Below are positions 35,958 through 42,030 of a stretch of DNA of 42,030 nucleotides, one piece after another (the stretch's first letter is position 1; the number at the start of each line of letters is the position of its first letter). The stretch is from Candidatus Daviesbacteria bacterium RIFCSPHIGHO2_01_FULL_40_11 (GTDB taxonomy: Bacteria; Patescibacteriota; Microgenomatia; Daviesbacterales; UBA10151): positions 1 to 42,030 of the forward strand of contig MFCP01000021.1 in NCBI GenBank assembly GCA_001776635.1. The letters run 5' to 3'. The position numbers were made by a program, and so were the translations under genes. The notes under the pieces were generated by a model. The model was given only the letters and a program-made list of their open reading frames with translations. It had not been told where the DNA came from and ran no database searches.

Positions 35958-38019
35958 TGTCCTTTATTCGCCAAATTTGCGCATTAGCATTCTCGAAGAT
36001 GAGTTCCACATTATAATCACCTGGAGAAAACGGCACTATTTCGGAATAGTTTTCGTATTTAACTACATAAATGTATTTAGCTACCAGACTATCTAACTTC
36101 TTCTTCCCTTCCGGTCTACTCTCGGCAACAAAGATAGAACGGTTGTGAACAATCGGTTTTTTGCTAATTGAACTCACATATCCTCGGATATTGGCAAACA
36201 CCGCCGGCATATAACGGTTGTGCCAGATACATTTTAAACAAGTCTCGTCATAAACAATTACTTTCCCCGGCTCCAGTGCTCTTAAATGCAGGAGCGCATC
36301 GGTTTCCGCTTGGCTTACCGAATAGATTCTCAGCTTAGAAATTGCAAAAAGTGTTGATCCAATCATAAAAATAACACTAAAAACCCAAAAAGCTTTCTTA
36401 TGATAGACCTTAAACTTATAAATAATAATAAGAGAAACAATTAAAACTAACGAGATTAAGGCTAATCTTTTTTGGGTATTTGTTTTAGAAAGATTATAAC
36501 TATTCAAAAGATAAAAAAACTGTGGAGGGAGACTTCGAAAAGTCATGCCTTCCGGAGGAGCGATCCAATGCTCGGCAATGCTTACTTCGGTGGAATGGGG
36601 CAAATCCTTAATTTTCAATAGATCTGAATTTTTGATATATGGGGGTAGATTAACTTCCGAAAAAGTAATTTTATTTTCCTCAAATATTAGAAGTGGATTA
36701 TTAGTCTCAAAAAGAGAATATTTTTCGGCTTTACCAATACTTGAAAAAATTCCTTTAACAGGAATCTGCCAGACGCTCTGTGGATTACTAATTTGGTCAA
36801 TTAAAGAAGGAATATTGATGTAAAGATTAAGTTGGGTATTGGGAGTAAGATAAAACGGTTCTTGGAAATTATCTTGAAAGGTGCGCCAATCAACAATTTT
36901 TAATTCTTGGTTTTCCCCATTATAAGTCAAACCAATACGGTAAGCCGGGGATTGATACCATACAGATTTTATTTTACTACCCAGCAGATCATCGGCTTCA
37001 ATCACATGGGCTGGTGACAAATTAGGAAAAATCTGTCTGTACCATAAACTAAAATCCTTCATATTGGTAACTGTTATGTTCTCTTGAGTGCTGATTCTTT
37101 GAATCATATCCAAATGTTGTGCAAACTTTTCACGATAAGTTTCCTCCGGAAAATCCCCCTCTAAACCTAAAGTTATTTGACCAAATTGATTTTTGTTTTT
37201 AAGAGCATATAATTTAATGAGTTTCTCGTAATATTCATCAGGCAAGTCTCGTGTGTAATAATCCTGAGTGCTGTAAGAGCTGGCTCGCTCCCCGCTATAG
37301 CCATTGAGAGGATCTCTGGCTGCCCATTGGAGCAAAACCAGATCTAATTTCGTTTCAGTGTTCCTGGCAGGCATACCGGCATGATTTTTGCTTGGATAAA
37401 AAGGCGTGGACCAATATTGACCCCAGAGGGAGTAACCATCTGTGTAAAATTGATCTGCACAGCCAAGGGTTGAAGTAATATTGTACTTATCCTTCATATA
37501 GTTTAAAGAAAAACTATCTACCCACCAAGCACCAACTGATTTCGGATAGTATCCGAAATTATTTTTAAATCTCTCAAAAACAACATCTATTAATTTCTTT
37601 CTGTCGTCTTGGCTATATCCGATTAGGAAAACCGAGTTTGATCTGTGCCATGAATCGGTTTTGTTATATGTAACTCCGGCATTTTCGGCAAAATTGGGTG
37701 TCACTTCCAAAAAAATTCCCAGATCCTGTTGTTGATCCATTTGTTTAGCAAAAGTAGCCACTTCTTTGTTTTCTAAAACATCATAGGTAAAAAGCCAACT
37801 CGCCGGTAAATTCCTTTTGCTTACTTCAAAATACTGCGATGCCAGACTTTTAGCCGAATCTTTCGTGTAGGCAGAAACTCTAACAGGATTGACTAGGGTG
37901 ATGAATTGCCCACTGCTTTCACTGCTCTGGCTCTGAGTAAACCCTAATTTTGGTAACAACAGAAGAACACTCAAACAGATACAAGTTTGGGTAAATATTT
38001 TTAATTTGGATAATGGCAC
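35938..38019 (-). CDS. Exported deacetylase/hydrolase-like domain protein with two TMs; paralog of the N-terminal part of 1-2976
   Basis: FITLVNPVR, LGIFLEVTP, DSWH, SVGAWWVDSFSL, DQFYTDGYSLWGQYWSTPFYPS, LQWAARDPLNGY; TGATAGTAT (38026-38034) lies 6 nt before the GTG. Confidence 0.85.
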   Translation of the reverse strand: MPLSKLKIFTQTCICLSVLLLLPKLGFTQSQSSESSGQFITLVNPVRVSAYTKDSAKSLASQYFEVSKRNLPASWLFTYDVLENKEVATFAKQMDQQQDLGIFLEVTPNFAENAGVTYNKTDSWHRSNSVFLIGYSQDDRKKLIDVVFERFKNNFGYYPKSVGAWWVDSFSLNYMKDKYNITSTLGCADQFYTDGYSLWGQYWSTPFYPSKNHAGMPARNTETKLDLVLLQWAARDPLNGYSGERASSYSTQDYYTRDLPDEYYEKLIKLYALKNKNQFGQITLGLEGDFPEETYREKFAQHLDMIQRISTQENITVTNMKDFSLWYRQIFPNLSPAHVIEADDLLGSKIKSVWYQSPAYRIGLTYNGENQELKIVDWRTFQDNFQEPFYLTPNTQLNLYINIPSLIDQISNPQSVWQIPVKGIFSSIGKAEKYSLFETNNPLLIFEENKITFSEVNLPPYIKNSDLLKIKDLPHSTEVSIAEHWIAPPEGMTFRSLPPQFFYLLNSYNLSKTNTQKRLALISLVLIVSLIIIYKFKVYHKKAFWVFSVIFMIGSTLFAISKLRIYSVSQAETDALLHLRALEPGKVIVYDETCLKCIWHNRYMPAVFANIRGYVSSISKKPIVHNRSIFVAESRPEGKKKLDSLVAKYIYVVKYENYSEIVPFSPGDYNVELIFENANAQIWRIKDNDKKLQ

Positions 38020-38052
38020 TTTTTAATACTATCAAAATAGGGAACCGTACAA

Positions 38053-39072
38053 TTATTGTTTTAATGTACTACCCATCAAAATACTGTTTGCAAAGTAAAA
38101 TCCAGTTTCGCTATTGGGTAATAAATCATATGTTTTATTATCCCAGTATGGAATAAGTTCAGAACTTAAGATTATTGAGCCATCATAGTTTTGTCCTACC
38201 TGTAATTGTCCCGCTTCTAAACCATCAATAGTTGGGTGGTTAGGTGATACCCAAAGTTCCCTACCATCGCTTAAGGTTAAATGAACTACACGATGACTAG
38301 CAGGTGCTTGTGTAGATGATACTTTTATTATATCTACTACAATTTTTTTGCCTTGTTCATTTACAGAATAGACCTTCATTCCTACTTTTAAATCCTTAAC
38401 ATTGACGTCCCCTGTTGGAGTTGCTATCTGGGTATTTGATGCAAGGCAAATCGGACAATTTCTTGGTTTATTAGCCAGTTCCTCAACTTCACAAAAGTAT
38501 CCTGGGGGTTTATCTCCTTCTCTGGCAACAGGTGGACCACAAGCTTGAACACACTTATAACCATCAGGGCAACTATTGTCACTGGGTTCTGAACAGCTGA
38601 CTTTACTTATTGGGTTAGTACAAATATTTCTATGACATACTAATCCCGAATAACAATCGTTATCGGTTTGGCAAGAACCACCTTCTGTTAGTTTGCATTG
38701 ACCCTTAATAATTTTAGTTGTTGGCTGACAAGATGCTTCCGGTAAAGTAAAGGTTCCAGTACTCACCTTGTTTGTACCTTCTGGACAAACTGTTCCTTCA
38801 CCCTCTAAAACCTGACATTTATAACCGCTGGTGCACTGAGAATCATCTGTACAATTTCCGCCCCTTGAAGTATTTAAACTTGTCGGACTCGGAGCTAAGG
38901 AAGGTTCTTGCGAGCCATAAGGAGATGGACTGGGTGTAAGTTGGACATTGTTTATATTATTGACTTTACTTAAATTATTTTTAATATAAAAAGAGCCTCC
39001 TATAATTCCGACGGAAACTATTATAATTCCTAATATAAAAATAATTTGCATAAAACCTTTTTGGGTTGGCAT
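38053..39072 (-). CDS. Pilin-like N-terminus, Cys-rich modules and a C-terminal Hint (Hedgehog/intein) domain
   Basis: MPTQKGF followed by a hydrophobic helix; 16 Cys in CxxDxxCxSGxxC-like modules; Hint from CLASNTQIATPTG (codon at 38448) with VSPNHP, TYDL and YFANSILMGSTL; start set at ATG 39072. Confidence 0.85.
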   Translation of the reverse strand: MPTQKGFMQIIFILGIIIVSVGIIGGSFYIKNNLSKVNNINNVQLTPSPSPYGSQEPSLAPSPTSLNTSRGGNCTDDSQCTSGYKCQVLEGEGTVCPEGTNKVSTGTFTLPEASCQPTTKIIKGQCKLTEGGSCQTDNDCYSGLVCHRNICTNPISKVSCSEPSDNSCPDGYKCVQACGPPVAREGDKPPGYFCEVEELANKPRNCPICLASNTQIATPTGDVNVKDLKVGMKVYSVNEQGKKIVVDIIKVSSTQAPASHRVVHLTLSDGRELWVSPNHPTIDGLEAGQLQVGQNYDGSIILSSELIPYWDNKTYDLLPNSETGFYFANSILMGSTLKQ

Positions 39073-39111
39073 TAATTTAATAATGAAGGTTTCAAATCCA
39101 GAAGTCAAAAA

Positions 39112-41835
39112 CTAATTAGGATAGTGACAGCGTTTGTATTTTCTACCTGACCCACACCAACACGGATCATTTCTGCCAATTTTTCCATGAGCTTTAGTCA
39201 GTTGTCCCTGATCTCCATAAGTTTCTTGAGCAATCACTTCTCCGCCTCTTTCTATAGTTACTTTGGTCATTGCATCACCCGGAGGTAGATCGGGTGGTGG
39301 GATGGCTCTTTCCACCTTAACCTTGACTTCCGCTGCTTCTTGTTCTACCCCACCAATTTCTACTTGTGGATGAACCTCTACTGCCTTCCCAGTAACCGAT
39401 GCTGCAGCAACGGGGGCTTGTCCCTGTACTGCCACTTTATAAATCCTGTGAACTATCTCATAATCAATTGTCACCATTAACTTTTCAAACAGATCAAACC
39501 CTTCTCTCTTGTACTCAATCAAAGGATCTCTTTGGGCGTACCCCCGAAGGCCAATTCCTGAACGCAAGTCATCCATGGTATCCAAATGTTCAATCCATAA
39601 AATATCGATGGTGTTAAGGTATATAAAAACCTCCATTTGCCTGGCTATCTCTTCACCTACTTGTTTCTCCCTTTCTTCATAAAAATTACTGGCTAGATCT
39701 GTCAAAAACTTTATAATCTCTTCCGGACCGGACAAAGCCGCAACTTGTTTTTCTATACCTTTTTGACTGTTTTCATCCACTGGAATCATACTTGCAAATT
39801 CTTTTACAATTTTTTCCGCATCAGCTCCCTCTTCGCTGTAGACGGTAACAACACTGGCAAGTTCTTTTGCTATCTTTTCCATGATCTCTTCTTTTAGAGA
39901 AGTATCCTTGCTTCCGGCTGTTTCCAAAACCTTTTTTCTGACCTCATAAATAATTTGCCTTTGCTGGTTCATCACATCATCATATTCAACGGTGTGTTTG
40001 CGGATATCAAAGTTGTGCCCTTCTACCTTCTTTTGGGCGCCTTCAATCGCTTTGGAGATCAACCCATGTTCAATCGGCACGTCTTCCGGCATTTTCAGGA
40101 AATTCATCACTTTAGAAACTTGTTCCCCACCGAAAATCCTCATCAAGTCATCCTCCAAAGACACAAAAAACCTGGTCTCTCCAGGATCTCCTTGTCTACC
40201 GGAGCGACCTCTTAGCTGATTATCTATACGTCTTGATTCATGCCTCTCTGTTCCAACTACATACAATCCTCCTAAGTTTGCTGTTCCTTTGTCTAAAATA
40301 ATATCTACACCTCTACCTGCCATATTGGTGGCTACAGTTACAGCACCTTTTTCCCCAGCTTTGGCAATAATTTCCGCTTCTTTTTCGTGATTTTTGGCAT
40401 TTAAAAGCGCGTGAGATATACCCTTTCTTTTCAAAAGTTCGGACAGAAATTCGTTTTTATCAATAGCTGTTGTCCCAACCAGAACAGGCTGTCCCTTTTT
40501 ATGTAGTTCCTCAACTAAATTTGCAACTGCCGTATATTTCGCGCCTTGGGTTTTATAAATTGTATCCGGGTGATCCGTCCTAATCATTGGGTTATTTGTT
40601 GGTATTACCACTACTTCCAGCTTATAAATTTTGTTAAACTCCTCTGCCTCAGTTGCCGCAGTTCCGGTCATCCCTGATAGTTTCTGATACATCCTAAAGT
40701 AATTTTGAAAGGAGATAGTCGCCAGAGTTTGCGATTCTTGTTGGATTGGGACACCTTCTTTGGCCTCAATTGCCTGATGTAATCCTTCCGAATATCTTCT
40801 TCCAAGCATCAACCTTCCCGTGAACTCATCAACAATAATTACCTCCCCATCTTTAACTACATAATCCTTATCCTTTGCAAATAGTGTTTTAGCCTTTAGT
40901 GCTTCTTCCAAATGGTGGAGCGTAGAAAAGTCCTTTTCATATAAATTATCTACTCCCAGCATTTTTTCGATCTTTAAGGTTCCATGCTCAGTTAAATGAG
41001 CTGTTTTTAGCTTTTCATCAACGCTGTAGTCAGAAGAAGAAAGGGAATCTATTATTTTGGCAAACTGGTAATACTTTTCCGTTGCCTCTTGGGCAGGCTG
41101 AGAAATAATTAAAGGGGTCCGTGCTTCATCAATTAAGATTGAATCTACTTCATCAACCACTGCAAAAAAGTGTCCGCGCTGTGACTGATCTGGAAGCCTA
41201 AATACCATGTTATCCCGCAGGTAATCAAAACCAAACTCATTATTAGTGCCATAAGTAATATCTGTCTGGTAAGCTTCCTTTCTTGTAACCGGACGCAAAT
41301 GTTGCAAGCGGGAGTCGCTATGAGAAGTATCTTTATACTTTGGATCGAAGATAAAAGCTGCATCATGAACTATAGTGGCACAGCTTGCGCCCAATGCATG
41401 GTATATCGGCCCCATCCATCCGCAATCCCTCTGAGCCAGATAATCATTGACCGTCACAAGATGAACACCTTTACCTGCGACCGCGTTCAAAAATAGGGCG
41501 GGAGTGGCCGACAGTGTTTTTCCCTCTCCGGTTTTTTGTTCGGCAATTTTACCTTGATGCAAAACAACTCCCGCCATCATCTGGACATCGAAATGGCGCT
41601 GTTTTATTGTCCTTTTGGAAGCTTCTCTGACGAAGCTAAAAACTTCAGGCAGAAGCTCGTCTAAACTTCTCCCGCGCTCGTGTTCCAGTTTAAGCTTAGC
41701 AAAGCTGCCTTTAAGCTCCTTATCGGTTAATTTTGCATTCCTTTTCTCGAAAGCGTTGATCGCTTCAACAATGGTTTGAAGCTTTTTGATCTCTCTTTCA
41801 TTTGAATCTAGTAACTTGCCTAAGAAACCTAGCAT
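39112..41835 (-). CDS. secA: Preprotein translocase ATPase SecA
   Basis: KTGEGKT, VTVNDYLA, VDEVDSILIDEARTPLIIS, ATNMAGRG, QLRGRSGRQGD, C-terminal GRNDPCWCGSGRKYKRCH. Confidence 0.98.
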   Translation of the reverse strand: MLGFLGKLLDSNEREIKKLQTIVEAINAFEKRNAKLTDKELKGSFAKLKLEHERGRSLDELLPEVFSFVREASKRTIKQRHFDVQMMAGVVLHQGKIAEQKTGEGKTLSATPALFLNAVAGKGVHLVTVNDYLAQRDCGWMGPIYHALGASCATIVHDAAFIFDPKYKDTSHSDSRLQHLRPVTRKEAYQTDITYGTNNEFGFDYLRDNMVFRLPDQSQRGHFFAVVDEVDSILIDEARTPLIISQPAQEATEKYYQFAKIIDSLSSSDYSVDEKLKTAHLTEHGTLKIEKMLGVDNLYEKDFSTLHHLEEALKAKTLFAKDKDYVVKDGEVIIVDEFTGRLMLGRRYSEGLHQAIEAKEGVPIQQESQTLATISFQNYFRMYQKLSGMTGTAATEAEEFNKIYKLEVVVIPTNNPMIRTDHPDTIYKTQGAKYTAVANLVEELHKKGQPVLVGTTAIDKNEFLSELLKRKGISHALLNAKNHEKEAEIIAKAGEKGAVTVATNMAGRGVDIILDKGTANLGGLYVVGTERHESRRIDNQLRGRSGRQGDPGETRFFVSLEDDLMRIFGGEQVSKVMNFLKMPEDVPIEHGLISKAIEGAQKKVEGHNFDIRKHTVEYDDVMNQQRQIIYEVRKKVLETAGSKDTSLKEEIMEKIAKELASVVTVYSEEGADAEKIVKEFASMIPVDENSQKGIEKQVAALSGPEEIIKFLTDLASNFYEEREKQVGEEIARQMEVFIYLNTIDILWIEHLDTMDDLRSGIGLRGYAQRDPLIEYKREGFDLFEKLMVTIDYEIVHRIYKVAVQGQAPVAAASVTGKAVEVHPQVEIGGVEQEAAEVKVKVERAIPPPDLPPGDAMTKVTIERGGEVIAQETYGDQGQLTKAHGKIGRNDPCWCGSGRKYKRCHYPN

Positions 41836-41842
41836 AATTGCT

Positions 41843-41871
41843 ATTATAGCTGATTATGACGTTTTTGCGAA
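41843..41871 (-). promoter_or_regulatory. secA promoter TTCGCA-17-TATAAT, with the -10 located 7 nt before the ATG
   Basis: TATAAT-AGCAATT-ATG; the putative -35 lies inside the palindrome TTTTTGC-GAA-GCAAAAA (41862-41878). Confidence 0.65.
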
Positions 41872-41928
41872 GCAAAAAGGCAAAGTTCTTTGAAAAGGTC
41901 CTTATATAAGACCCTTATATCTTGTTGA

Positions 41929-41957
41929 TTGACAATTTGTAATTCCTTTTATACACT
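41929..41957 (+). promoter_or_regulatory. Sigma70 promoter TTGACA-17-TACACT
   Basis: Consensus -35, 17-nt spacing, upstream of ATG 41983. Confidence 0.72.
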
Positions 41958-41982
41958 AACAATATCTAAATAATCTGTCCTA

Positions 41983-42030
41983 ATGGATAATCAGAACGAT
42001 CCAAATTCAACTAATAACCCAAATTATCCG
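41983..42030 (+). CDS. Start of a gene running off the window (MDNQNDPNSTNNPNYP...)
   Basis: ATG downstream of a strong promoter and open to the window end; only 16 codons visible. Confidence 0.5.
   Translation, partial: MDNQNDPNSTNNPNYP

Noticed and set aside
38053..38448. Hint domain as a mobile intein or polymorphic-toxin pretoxin module
   Set aside because: No homing endonuclease, no terminal His-Asn, no C-extein or toxin domain, and no immunity gene
3364..41496. Other short track ORFs nested in or antisense to long genes (e.g. 3364, 5429, 18346, 19678, 23891, 30836, 33813, 39955)
   Set aside because: Fully overlap well-supported CDSs and have no independent support
1..42030. Alternative genetic code (TGA recoding), RNA genes, prophage or IS elements
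   Set aside because: Several clear genes end at TGA and RF2 is present; no tRNA/rRNA patterns, integrase, transposase or phage genes were recognised

Overview
AT-rich, gene-dense bacterial window read in genetic code 11 (TGA is used as a stop). Gene content and style suggest a Patescibacteria/CPR genome, probably Microgenomates; this is an inference. Most of the window is a cell-surface glycosylation region: about 10 GT-C-fold membrane glycosyltransferase-like genes, three GT2 polyprenol-phosphate-sugar synthases (one fused to a GT-C, one to a GtrA), a Wzx flippase, rmlABCD, gmd and galE. Housekeeping genes are interleaved: a half-length tsaB, prfB without a frameshift, ftsEX with a coiled-coil M23 partner, tsaE, a cofE-like ligase, nnrD and secA. 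Three CDSs are missing from the ORF track: a partial gene of at least 992 aa at 1-2976, a 51-aa membrane protein at 19444-19599, and a partial gene starting at 41983. The most interesting observations are: (1) a pilin-like, Cys-rich protein ending in a cleavage-type Hint domain whose nucleophile sits in a CxxC; (2) a circularly permuted M23 peptidase with intact ligands in the ftsEX operon; (3) two paralogous proteins carrying an uncharacterised deacetylase/hydrolase-like domain, one fused to a GT-C core; (4) TAnnnT boxes 6-9 nt before 15 start codons, implying leaderless mRNAs; (5) several small palindromic or tandem repeat families, some inserted in frame in genes. I found no rRNA, tRNA, CRISPR array or transposase. 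All family assignments come from motif recognition by eye, not from database searches.
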